Shown piece after piece: positions 20,274 through 31,128 of a stretch of 64,000 nt of DNA (within the stretch, counting starts at the first letter, position 1; the number at the start of each line of letters is the position of its first letter). The notes below the pieces were generated by a model. The model searched no databases and had not been told where the DNA came from. It saw nothing but the letters and a program-made list of their open reading frames with translations. This DNA comes from Epithemia pelagica (Eukaryota; Protista; Bacillariophyta). Location: positions 558,001-622,000 of the forward strand of contig OX337232.1 in NCBI GenBank assembly GCA_946965045.2. Reading direction: 5' to 3'. The position numbers and the translations under genes are program-made.

Positions 20274-22325
20274 TTGGCGAGCCCTATTGCCGCCAAGTCT
20301 CTTCGTTCGGGGAACGCTCGGATCTTTCATCATTATATCATGTCCTCCCACGCAGACACTTCCTTGATTTGGATGGCGGCTGAAATTACCACATTTGTGG
20401 TATCTTCTTGGATTTTGTCTCGGGCATCCTCCGCCTGGTCCACATCCAAGAACAAGGAGGACGACGATCCACTCGTTCGTCCACCACAAGAACGACAAAG
20501 ACGACGACGACGATCGTCCTTGGACGAGGTCCATCAAACCTTGGGGACCGGTCCTCCCGCCAAGGAACGAGTCCGCAAACTACGACAAGCATCCTTTTCC
20601 AAACGTCTCAGTGTGTCCTATGCCAACTCCGATCCTCTCATGATCATGAAGGTACGTACTGCCTGTACATACGGTACATGCATACACAAACCAACATGCA
20701 CCCATGGCAAGAGTCGGTCATGGATGATTGGAGGCAGTGTGCATGGCGCTTTCATCGTTGTGTTCGAGTCGATTCGACTCATGCAACTTTTGGATTTTGC
20801 TTCTTGTGTTCTTTTGGTGCGGCCTTCTTTATTCTCTTTTTTCATTGTGGACTCTCTCTCTCTCTCTTTTTCTCTCGCTCGCTCTATACTACTAATAATA
20901 CTATAGGGCATTGGGAGTCGGTTAGTGGACGAATCGGGTGTGAGTTATTTGGACACCCGCAACAATGTGGCTCATTGTGGGCATTGTCATGAGCATGTCG
21001 TGCAAGCCATTCAAGAGCAAGTTGCCCTCCTCAATACCAATACCCGCTATTTGCATCCCAACATGACTCTGTTGGCCCAACGCTTGTTGTCGCAGTATTT
21101 TCCACCCACACTCAACAAGATTTTTTTTTGCAATTCGGGCAGTGAAGCCAATGACATGGCCCTTCGATTGGCCCGAGCCGTGGCGGGGGGATCCACCAAT
21201 ACCATTGTCGTACAAGGTGCCTATCATGGTCATACCTTGGCCGTGTTGGAAATTTCACCCTACAAATTTCTCAAGGGAACCGAATATCCCACACAACCGC
21301 AACCGACGGTACCACCACCCGCCGGCAAGGACGACAAAAAGAACACAAAGAAGAAAACGAACACGAACCACAACAACAACAACAGAAACCACAAAGACAG
21401 TAAGTCATTGCCACCACAGTTTCAAACGCCGGGTCCTCACATTTGGCAAGTACCGGTCCCCGATGTCTATCGTGGACCGCATCGCGATCCCGCCACTGCC
21501 GGTGCCGACTATGCCCACTATGTGGAAGAAGCCTGTCGGTATTATACCGAACTCAAACAAGAAAAGGTTCGAGCCTTTATCATGGAAGGAGGATTGAGCA
21601 TTGGCGGTGTCGTGTTACCGCCCAAGGGGTATTTGGCCACATGCGCCAAGGCCGTCCGAGCCGCGGGGGGAGTGTACATTGCCGATGAAGTCCAAACCGG
21701 ATTTGGACGCTATGGTTCCTCCTTTTGGGCCTTTGAACACAACAACAATACCAATGACGACAATGATGATGTGGTCATTCCCGACATTGTCACCATGGGC
21801 AAACCCATGGGCAATGGCATGCCCTTGGCAGCTGTCGTGTGTACCGAAGCAGTGGCACAAGCCTTTGAACAAGTCGGAGTGGAATATTTTAATACCTTTG
21901 GCGGCAATCCGGTATCCTGCGCGGCCGGATTGGCCGTCTTGGACGTGTTGGAACAAGAAGGTTTGCAGCAACATGCTCTACAAGTGGGAACCTACATGAA
22001 ACAAGAATTCCAAAAAGCGGCGGAACGGGTCCCCCTCATTGGCAATGTGCGTGGATCGGGCTTGTTTTTGGGTGTCGAATTGGTCAAGGACCGTACGACA
22101 TTGGAACCGGCCACGGCCGAAACACACTTGATTTGTTCCATTTTGCGACAAAAGTACCATGTCTTGACCAGTATTGATGGAATTCATGACAATGTCTTTG
22201 TCATCAAACCACCCATGGTATTTAGTAAAGACGATGTGGATTACTTTGTCCAATCCTTTGTGCAAGCCGCCTTGATTGATTTGCCCACCCACGACGCCTC
22301 CAACTTTGTCGTGACACCCACATGA
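20274..22325 (+). CDS. Class-III PLP aminotransferase, ETNPPL/PHYKPL (AGXT2L)-like; exons 20274-20651 and 20907-22325
   Basis: AAG|gtacgt donor, actaat branch point and tAG acceptor join PLMIMK to [26 protein letters not shown]. Motifs [26 protein letters not shown] (PLP lysine), NTFGGNP. The start could be 20274 or 20340. Confidence 0.9.
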
Positions 22326-22694
22326 CGACACTGTGGTATCGTAATAAAGAGACCTTGTCTTCGGTGGTGGCAAGGCACATTGACTTAGAGTGTCGCAATG
22401 AAAACGATCATAATTGATGTATATAGTATACATAAAGATACTCTATTTGTTACAAGTAATGCGAGATATAAAAAGTATCATCCGGTGTGGTTTCTACACA
22501 TGGTTGCACTTCACACTGATAGACAGCAACAAACAGAGACATATCGAAAATTGGATTGCCGATTGCAAACAAGACAAATCCAATAGAAGAGACATGCATT
22601 GAGTCATCACCAAGGACTTTGAAACTGGTACAGATGAGCTCAATCATTCTTGATCAATCCAGGGAGGTAGTCGCGATGCCCTGAATGTCATGGA

Positions 22695-23702
22695 TTAACG
22701 GTAGTAGTCATCATCTTTCTTTCCACCAGACTTGTCCATTTTGCTCTTCTTGCTCTTGTCCATCTTGCTCTTATCCATCTTGCTCTTGTCTTTCTTGCCA
22801 CTATAGTCGTCATCGTAGCCCTTGCCCTTACCCTTAGTAGGAGGTTCCGGTTCGTAGCCCTTGCCCTTACCCTTTGTAGGTGGTTCCGGTTCGTAGCCCT
22901 TGCCCTTACCCTTTGTAAAAGGTTCCGGTTCGTAGCCCTTGCCCTTACCCTTTGTAGGAGGTTCCGGTTCGTAGCCCTTTCCTTTGCCCTTTGTAGGAGG
23001 CTCACTGTAGCCTTTTCCTTTGCCCTTACCCTTGGCAGGTGGTTCGGGTTCAGATCCCTTGCCCTTACCCTTGGCTGGAGGTTCTTCCATCTCGTATCCC
23101 TTGCCCTTACCCTTTGTAGGAGGTTCCATTTTGTAGCCCTTTCCTTTTCCTATGGTAGGTGGCTCTTCGTAGCCCTTTCCTTTTCCTTTGGAGGGAGGCT
23201 CTGGTTCATATCCCTTGCTCTTCATCATCATCATCATCTTGCCAGATTCCTTCTTTCCTCGGCTGCTGTCATCATATCCCTTGCCCTTGGCGGGAGGTTC
23301 CATTTCGTAGCCCTTGCCCTTTGACGGTGGCTCAGCTTCGTAACCCTTTCCTTTACCCTTGCTAGGAGGCTCCATTTCGTATCCTTTGCCTTTACCCTTG
23401 GCTGGTGGTTCAGGTTCGGATCCCTTGCCTTTGCCTTTTGCAGGAGGCTCCATCTCGTAACCCTTGCCTTTTCCCTTGGAGGAGTCCATTCCCTTGCTTG
23501 ATTCCTTCTTTCCCTTGCTGCTGCTATCATCATCATATCCCTTGCCCTTACCCTTGGCCGGTGGTTCAGGCTCGTATCCCTTGCCCTTGGTAGGATATAC
23601 GGGGTCGGCCTTGAGGTCACGGAGATCAAACTCTGCTGTATCGGCCAGTACGCCACTGTTCAAAAGCAAGGAGAGTGTCACGGCTGCGAACGAGTACTTC
23701 AT
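22695..23702 (-). CDS. Secreted Lys/Gly/Pro/Tyr repeat protein (KGKGKGYEPEPP), paralog 1
   Basis: Signal peptide MKYSFAAVTLSLLLNSGVLA, RDL motif, many KGKG(KG)YExEPP units, C-terminal KMDKS repeats and KKDDDYYR*. Confidence 0.9.
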   Translation of the reverse strand: MKYSFAAVTLSLLLNSGVLADTAEFDLRDLKADPVYPTKGKGYEPEPPAKGKGKGYDDDSSSKGKKESSKGMDSSKGKGKGYEMEPPAKGKGKGSEPEPPAKGKGKGYEMEPPSKGKGKGYEAEPPSKGKGYEMEPPAKGKGYDDSSRGKKESGKMMMMMKSKGYEPEPPSKGKGKGYEEPPTIGKGKGYKMEPPTKGKGKGYEMEEPPAKGKGKGSEPEPPAKGKGKGKGYSEPPTKGKGKGYEPEPPTKGKGKGYEPEPFTKGKGKGYEPEPPTKGKGKGYEPEPPTKGKGKGYDDDYSGKKDKSKMDKSKMDKSKKSKMDKSGGKKDDDYYR

Positions 23703-23758
23703 GGTGATGAATCCAAAAAAAGAATGTCGGGGTGAGGAGGCTTGGTTCGAGATTGATC

Positions 23759-23777
23759 GAAACCTGAAATTATGAGA
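23759..23777 (-). promoter_or_regulatory. Shared upstream motif TCTCATAATTTC(A/C)GGTTTC, copy 1
   Basis: 18/19 identical to 26416-26434; about 57 nt upstream of the paralog-1 ATG, while the flanking DNA is not obviously similar. Confidence 0.5.
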
Positions 23778-24580
23778 CCGACCATCCGGTCTTTGTCGTT
23801 TCGCACCTCTGGGTTCCTCTCTCGGGATGGTTTGAATTTGGTGGGTGTGCAGGCGTTCTCAGTTTTTAAATATCCCTGAACAACGTTCATGTTCACGAAA
23901 TATATACGACCGGCGTGCGTGTATCAACGGACCACATGAAATCAGTCGTTCCTAATCCTCTTATGCAAGATGGATAACGGAGCACGTGTATCCTTACGTT
24001 CGAGTCGTCACATTTTTGGAGGTGCACGCAAACGAGACCGACATGGAACACAAGCTCTCAAATCTCATCCAATCCAAACTCACACGAGTGTACAACAGAC
24101 AACAGACAACAGACAACAGTTTGATTTCGATCGATGGTTCATATTCATATGCCTCCCACTCCCACTCCCACACATACATCAGGTTTGTTTAATTTGACCT
24201 TGTGTATATGGACACGTTTGAACTCATCGTGTCTCATAAGAAAGAAGAAAGGCGAGCGTGGCTTTGCTTGTGCGCCTCCAAACTACAAACAAAATACAAC
24301 TGTCAAACGACGGAGTTGTTGTGGCTTCGACCTGCCTGAACGACTGAACAGTCATCTGTTTCGACTATCGCGCCTCTGCATTTGACTTTGACGGAGTAGA
24401 GAGATATTGGTCGGAACCAAACTCGTAATTCAAAACAATCTCTTTCGTTGTTTGGAATAGAGTCTGAGGTATCACCACCACTTGCAAGTTTCCGCCTGGA
24501 GTAAAAGTGTGGAACGAGCAAAAAAGGTCGAACTCGATGCCTCAATGCGTTCCGTCCAACGTTGTGCTTCAGTAGCAATG

Positions 24581-24642
24581 ATCAGTCGTACGGCCTCTCG
24601 ATGGATATCAATAATCAGTCGTACTGCCTCTCAATGGATATC
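24581..24642 (+). repeat. Tandem 29-bp direct repeat with a 4-nt spacer
   Basis: atcagtcgtac(g/t)gcctctc(g/a)atggatatc at 24581-24609 and 24614-24642. Confidence 0.85.
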
Positions 24643-25482
24643 CTCGTAGCAACATTGGAGGAAAACGGTTGTCTCCTAAACTCCTAAAATCCCAAACGTT
24701 TTGGACGATCGAAGCCTGATCCAGGAAAAAGCAGTCGGTTATCGTAAAAAAGAGTCCTTATCATGCTAGACTAAAGTCATAATTTGTCTGAACGCCATGC
24801 GATTTGGTGATTACTGATCGGTTAAAAAAAGGATTTTGGGATTAACCGTTTTCCTCCATTGTGTGTCAACTTACCTAGGCTTTCTTTGGTGGGAGACTTT
24901 GCCACAACGGAACGAATTAGGAAAAAAGAAAGAACAACGAGTCCACCCGAAGAAAGAGCAATGTCCTAGTCGTTGCAGTAGAGCATTTCGTAGGCATGTG
25001 CAGCTGATCGAAATATTCTACACATCACTAGATACTCCTACCTTGAGTCTGCACACTGCAAAGACGTACTGAGTGTTGCTAATCGATGATACTTCGAATC
25101 CTGCTATGAGACTTGATCAGAGCTCGTACAAAGAGAAATAAAATGGGAAGACTTGTTGATGTGAAGAAAAGTAGAATTCTAGAGTATACTTAGAAATGAT
25201 ACAATACTCCAGTCAATTGCCTTCCGAGTGAAGGAGAAAAAGCGGATCCCAGTGCCGCAGCACACATGGGTCCACAGATGATAGTAGTCGTACAACAAAG
25301 CGTCATAGAGCAAAAGGATTGCGTCCCACAACAACGCCAGTCATTTATTCCTTTGGTAACAGTGCCCGAGCACACCGTTCCAACAATGCCTCTAAACCTT
25401 GTCAGCAACCATTCCATGGTCGTTTCACAGCTGGTCTCCTTGTTCCAGTCCACCAATTACTCCGTCACTGTCCATCCACAGT

Positions 25483-26376
25483 TTATCGGTAATAATCGTC
25501 ATCCTTCTTGCCGCTGTCCTTCTTGCCGCTGTCCTTCTTGCCACTGTCCTTCTTGCCACTATCGTCTTTGTCGCCCTTCTCCTTCTTGCCCGACTTCTTG
25601 TCCTTCTTGTCGCTGTAGTCGCTATCATCGTATCCCTTGCCCTTACCCTTGGAAGGTGGTTCAGGTTCATATCCCTTGCCCTTACCCTTGGCAGGAGGTT
25701 CCGGTTCGTATCCCTTGCCCTTACCCTTGGCAGGAGGTTCGGTGTATCCTTTTCCTTTGCCCTTGGCTGGAGGTTCGTATCCCTTTCCTTTGCCCTTGGT
25801 GGGTGGCTCGGTGTATCCTTTTCCTTTGCCCTTGGCTGGAACCTCGGTCTCATATCCTTTACCCTTGCCCTTGGTAGGAGGTTCGGTGTATCCCTTGCCC
25901 TTTCCTTTAGCAGGTGCCTCGGTTTCATATCCCTTGCCCTTTCCTTTGCCCTTGGCAGGAGCTTCAGTTTCATATCCCTTGCCTTTTCCTTTGCCCTTGG
26001 CAGGAGCTTCAGTTTCGTATCCCTTGCCCTTACCCTTGGCAGGCGGTTCTGGTTCGTATCCCTTGCCCTTACCCTTGGCAGGAGGTTCTTCCATCTCGTA
26101 TCCCTTGCCCTTCATCATCATCTTGCCAGATTCCTTCTTTCCTCGGCTGCTGCTATCATCGTATCCCTTGCCCTTGGCCGGCGGTTCCATTTCGTAGCCC
26201 TTGCCCTTGGTAGGTGGCTCGGTGTATCCCTTGCCTTTGCCCTTGGCCGGTGCCGGAGTGGGAAATTGGGGATGGGCCTTGAGATCACGAACATTCAAGT
26301 CAGTCGTAGAATCGGCCAATACACTGCTGCTGCTTAGGGCAAGCATGAAGGCGACGGAGGCAATGGAGTACTTCAT
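25483..26376 (-). CDS. Secreted Lys/Gly/Pro/Tyr repeat protein, paralog 2
   Basis: Signal peptide MKYSIASVAFMLALSSSSVLA, RDL, KGKGKGY units, shared block SSRGKKESGKMMM, C-terminal DSGKK x4 and KKDDDYYR*. Confidence 0.9.
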   Translation of the reverse strand: MKYSIASVAFMLALSSSSVLADSTTDLNVRDLKAHPQFPTPAPAKGKGKGYTEPPTKGKGYEMEPPAKGKGYDDSSSRGKKESGKMMMKGKGYEMEEPPAKGKGKGYEPEPPAKGKGKGYETEAPAKGKGKGKGYETEAPAKGKGKGKGYETEAPAKGKGKGYTEPPTKGKGKGYETEVPAKGKGKGYTEPPTKGKGKGYEPPAKGKGKGYTEPPAKGKGKGYEPEPPAKGKGKGYEPEPPSKGKGKGYDDSDYSDKKDKKSGKKEKGDKDDSGKKDSGKKDSGKKDSGKKDDDYYR

Positions 26377-26415
26377 GGTGTTTGGTGGGGTGTTGTAATG
26401 GTTTGAAGTGGAGAT

Positions 26416-26434
26416 GAAACCGGAAATTATGAGA
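26416..26434 (-). promoter_or_regulatory. Shared upstream motif, copy 2
   Basis: About 40 nt upstream of the paralog-2 ATG; contains an Inr-like TCAT. Confidence 0.5.
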
Positions 26435-27362
26435 ACACAAGAGTGTGAAGGTTTTGGTTTTGAGTTTTGATGGCATGGATGGGGATGGCGGTTGGAATGG
26501 TTTGAATTGTAGCGCTGGCCGTGCCTGCTTTGTTCACTCTTAAGTATTCTACCAACGGCTCTGAAAGCCGTTACGCTCTTCTTATGATCTTGACAACTGA
26601 TTTTGGGGGATTTGGTCTTGACAACTGCATCCGGAAGACAACGGTCGAAGATTCAAATCACTCGTGACCAACCGAGTTCGGGATCGAAAAACTATGAAGC
26701 TAGCGTAGGTAGCTGGGTAGCTATACTCCTCTATGAAACAGTTCCTCTCTCGAACGGCAAACCTAGAGGTCTCCAAAAGAAACAGATGAAGCGGTACGGA
26801 TACGTTGATTTGGCTCGTCCTTCGACTTGTCCTATTGTATGGGTCCCACACCTCTCTCGGCAAAAGGCGGATGGCACACGACGCTGATAGAATTGGGAAT
26901 GGACGCGCGTTCGGAGGTCCAGCAACAAATAATCACATCCAAAACCCTTGTGTTGGATTCGATTCAAGACGGTACACCTAGGTAACGTAGACGAGGTACT
27001 GGACCATTCTCTCGTGCACAAGATTCTCTGAGTAAGGGGGGCTCCATGTCCGCTCTATTGAATACTACATAATCCTTCCCCTCTCTACTATCGAGGTCGT
27101 CTCGCTCGTTCCGTTTTGAGAGAAAAATTGGTATCCAACCAGACCAGCACACGAAGCAGTACGAACTAGTAGATATCAATGCCGATCCAGTTTCGGTACC
27201 GTGGAGTCAGCATCGAGATGTGGATTTGGTTCGAGGTTGGGATGCGCCAAGACGAGAGGTTCGTCCCGTGCCAGAGAGAGAGTATGGTGGCGTGTCCCAT
27301 TCGAGGTTCCATGGCTCATGTGTGTACAGGCATGCGAGTGTACAGTAGATCGTTTCGCAGCA

Positions 27363-28550
27363 TTACACGCTACTTGTTCTCGTTGTCGTCGTCGTTGTTG
27401 TTGTTGTTGGAACCGAATCCTCAAAATCCATGGTCCTTGTTGTCGAGTCACCGACGACCTCCTGCAATCGAGGCGGGTTCAAATCGGCCCAGCGTACGGT
27501 TCGATATTGACAATTGGCAAAACTGGATTGCAACATCCATTGCATGACGCCATGATGACACACAACGACAATATGCAGTGGTGATTGTGAATCGTTTTGC
27601 TGTGATTGTTGTGCTTGAAAGGCATTTTGCAATTTGTGGTACAAGCGTGTCATGCGATGGTCAAAGACGTCTTGCGGTTCTCCCGGACAGGCATAACGTT
27701 GTCGACGTCCCGTCGGTCGCCATTCAATATAGGAATCCAACGATTGGGGCGACCACCACCAACCACCCGACAAGTCGGTGCCTTGTTGTTGTGGTTCTTG
27801 TTCTTGTTGTGGACAACAGGCGTGAAAATCCACGAAGGGAAATTCCGGTTGCAAGTCGTTGACGGATCGTCCGACATCGGAAATGAGATAGAGACGTTCG
27901 GCCGCTTCGGGCCAGGCGACAATGGATGATTGGTTCGAGTTCTGGTTGTTATTGTTGTTCCATAAGAGGGAATGCAGGTGCGGATGCAACCCGTACGTAT
28001 ACGTTTGCAAGGCTCGTGTCAAGGGACTGACCACCACCAAATCGCACCGGGTCCACGGACTCTTGTCGACGTTGACGGCCACGGCTCGTTCGCGGGCCAT
28101 GCGATCGTTCAAGGCTTGGACTTGGTCCTGACCGCGTGGCGACAAGGGAGCATCGCGATACAGGGACAATGATGTGTCGTCGCCAAAGACATCGGTAAAG
28201 CCGGGCTGTCCAAAGGCCTTGCCACCCCTGGATCCACCCAAGTATTCATTCATGTAGGAACAGCCATGACGGACAAAGGTCACCAGACACTGGTCGTCGT
28301 TCAGTGGCGGTGTGGTGGTTTGAGTGGTTGTCCGGTGATGATTGTTGTTGGAATGGGACATTCCCACCGCCAAGGACGACCGCATGATACGAGACGAGGA
28401 TCGTACCGTAGTTCGTGGTGTTCGTGTCGTCGTCGTCGTTGGGACAAGTACCCACGACCATGCACCACGAGGCATGCTACCGAATCCAAGGAAAACCACA
28501 ACACCCAGGAGCACAAGATTCATCCTCGTCGTTGTCGTCGTCTTCGTCAT
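27363..28550 (-). CDS. Histidine phosphatase / phosphoglycerate-mutase family protein, probably plastid-targeted
   Basis: VTFVRHG catalytic motif, LVVVSPLTRALQT, AER, VVCHHG. N-terminal hydrophobic signal ending AWS-W followed by an S/T/R-rich transit-like segment. Confidence 0.85.
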   Translation of the reverse strand: MTKTTTTTRMNLVLLGVVVFLGFGSMPRGAWSWVLVPTTTTTRTPRTTVRSSSRIMRSSLAVGMSHSNNNHHRTTTQTTTPPLNDDQCLVTFVRHGCSYMNEYLGGSRGGKAFGQPGFTDVFGDDTSLSLYRDAPLSPRGQDQVQALNDRMARERAVAVNVDKSPWTRCDLVVVSPLTRALQTYTYGLHPHLHSLLWNNNNNQNSNQSSIVAWPEAAERLYLISDVGRSVNDLQPEFPFVDFHACCPQQEQEPQQQGTDLSGGWWWSPQSLDSYIEWRPTGRRQRYACPGEPQDVFDHRMTRLYHKLQNAFQAQQSQQNDSQSPLHIVVVCHHGVMQWMLQSSFANCQYRTVRWADLNPPRLQEVVGDSTTRTMDFEDSVPTTTTTTTTTRTSSV

Positions 28551-29039
28551 GATACGGATGAATGGGGATCTGCTGCTTTAGGATATATGTGGCTCTGCTT
28601 TCTTTTGTTTTTGCAGGCAATCGATGGCAATGCCTTTGGATGTGACGAAAAAAAGAGGGGCAATGACGTGTTTTATGTGTGATGACTCCTACTCTATTGT
28701 GCGCGACTCATTTTTGTATTCACTGACCACGCTCGCGTGTGTCGCCTCCATCCACAACCCACAACAACAACGACAAACGACAACCAACACCATGCCTTGC
28801 CATAATACCTACCATCGTCCCGAACAACAACAGCCAGGTGATTGGTCCACAGAGCTCTCCCTCTATGGTCGGCACGAGAATCGAACGAAATGAGGTGCCG
28901 ACACGATCTCGCCGTGGTAGAGGTTTGGCCAAAAGCGCTCACAGTGGCAAAACTCCCCGAACAAAGGGACGACGACAACGACGAGGTGCCCCGACACGAT
29001 CGCCACGGACACCACGAAAGCACGAATCCCGCGATTGGA

Positions 29040-29720
29040 GGAGTGCCTCCTTCGCAGTTTAGTTACTCCTCCCTCGGTTCCATTGGACGAATGGACGAAA
29101 TCCATTGGCACCCTTCGACCCCGTTTCGTTTGGATCCAAAACAGTATGATGATGACAAGGGTTGGAATCATTGGGCAGTTTTTGTGTTCTTCATCGAGAG
29201 GGTTTTCAGTTCTCTCCAATGACGACAACAAGTTGTCATTGAAAACGTCGCACCAAACGGCCAATCCGACTGTTTGGATTCATGGATGCATTTGTGCATT
29301 TCATTCTACAATCGATTGAGAATGATTTGCTCCAGTGCATTGTTGACGAGTCAAAATTGGAGAGCCATGGTCGATTGTTCTCAGCAGCTCGTCCCTCGTT
29401 TCCACCATTCCCGCCAGGTTCGACAAGAAGGAGGGACGGAATCCGTTTCCACCTTTCACCGGTTTCATGCAAAAGAGCATGACGCAAGATAGATGGAACC
29501 ATGTGGCAGTTTCCTTTCTCCATGACATGCCTTGACACCATAGAGTAGGAGAAACGAGCGACACGCAGCAACGACCACAGGTGCTACTCTCGGTTTATGG
29601 ATCGTCGACTGTCGTTGTCGTTGTCGTGGTATCTGCTGCAAGAACAACGAATGATGGGACTGGAACAAGTGGCGACTCCAGCTGCAGCAGCCAATGCCGT
29701 GGCCCACCTCTCCTGCGGAA
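29040..29720 (-). pseudogene. Family-B degenerate paralog downstream of A copy 2
   Basis: GC-type donor gcatgt, conserved intron, acceptor ttgtAG then NEMHKCIHESKQSDWPFG, after which it decays. Confidence 0.6.
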
Positions 29721-30167
29721 CAACTAGTTTTGTGTGACTTGTTCCTAGAGCCGGAAGGATAGTGACATGGATGGGATAGTGACATGGATGGAACTGTTCT
29801 TTCCACAATCTATTATAATCCATTTGGTCACTCGTAGAGACAAAGTGTAGAACACATGCTATATTGAAGGGGTTTCTATTCTACCATGCCAAGAAGCTCA
29901 AACAAGCTCGAGAAGCATTGCGAACCACATCTTCTGCGAAAAAAAGTGGGTGTACATCGACTGAGTCGAACTCAGTCTCGTACAATCATTCCAAGTATCA
30001 TCAAATGGATCAGGGTTTCCTTTGTTGTCGAAAGCCGATACAGCGTAGTCGCCGGCGTGACCAACCATGTTGTACATGGGAATGGGAACGTCGACAGTTT
30101 CCAATCCAGTCAACCTCACATAACGGGAATCCCGGTGGAATCTCCAGTTCCCCTCTGTCACTAGTGC

Positions 30168-30779
30168 TTAGCGGCGACCATATGCAATGGCGAGGCTGAC
30201 AGCTACTGATGACGCAAAGAGTGTTCCGCCGGCAATCCAGGAGGACGTTACCATGGACTTAGATATATTGTCGGAGGACGTTACCATGGACTTAGATACA
30301 TTGTCGGAGGACGTTACCATGGACTTAGATATATTGTCCATAGACTTTGCGGTATTGTCGGTCGATTTTGCCAATGCCAAGTGGGCACAACTAAATGTGC
30401 TGGAACCCCTGGCAAAAGCGCCAAACGGCCATGACGTCTGTTTGGAATCTTCGATACACTGCATCATTTGTTTCTGTGTCGATTACAGCAAGACAAAGCC
30501 GGGTGAGAGACATTGGAAAAGATATTGGAGAGACAGGTGAAGCTCCATTCCCGGTGATTGTCAACTGTTCTCAGCAGTGGTTCCCTCTTCCTAATTCCTG
30601 CGAGGTTCGATAGGAAGAATGAACTGAATCCGTTTCCACCTTCCACCCACTTCATCCAGAAGATCATGATGCAGGATATAACCATTTGTCAGTTTTCTTC
30701 ATCAATGACATACCTCTAAGTGTTCTAAATTCGACGACTCGTTGAGAGTGTTATTGGTTTCGTTTGCAGAGCTGCTCAT
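30168..30779 (-). CDS. Small tail-anchored protein, family A copy 2 (exons 30779-30714, 30473-30168)
   Basis: Exon 1 MSSSANETNNTLNESSNLEHLE (66 nt), GTATGT donor, acacAG acceptor, 3 x 33-nt repeat (DNISKSMVTSS) at 30241-30339, TM helix and YGRR*. Confidence 0.78.
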
Positions 30780-31128
30780 ACAGTGTTGGCTGCTTTTCAC
30801 GATTTTTGTGAAAACCAAAAAGCAAAACGACAACCCGGATATGGAGCCATTATGTGCGACTCCTCATTGGAAACGTTTGTTTTCTTCAAATAGTTTTTGC
30901 ATATATTTGTCCGTTCCGCAAGGGAAGATTCCATTGTGAACAAAGCACGCTGGAGGAGCGCTTGGTCTCCAAGCCTGTCGTTTTCCAACGCCTAGGTAGT
31001 TTATTGTTCCATTTTGAGATTGGATGGGCATAGTATCAAAACCAAATTCATTCAACGAGTCCTCGTCGTCCTGCAAGTGTATTCATGGACAGTCACCATT
31101 CATTCCAAGTACTAGATACACAACCAAC

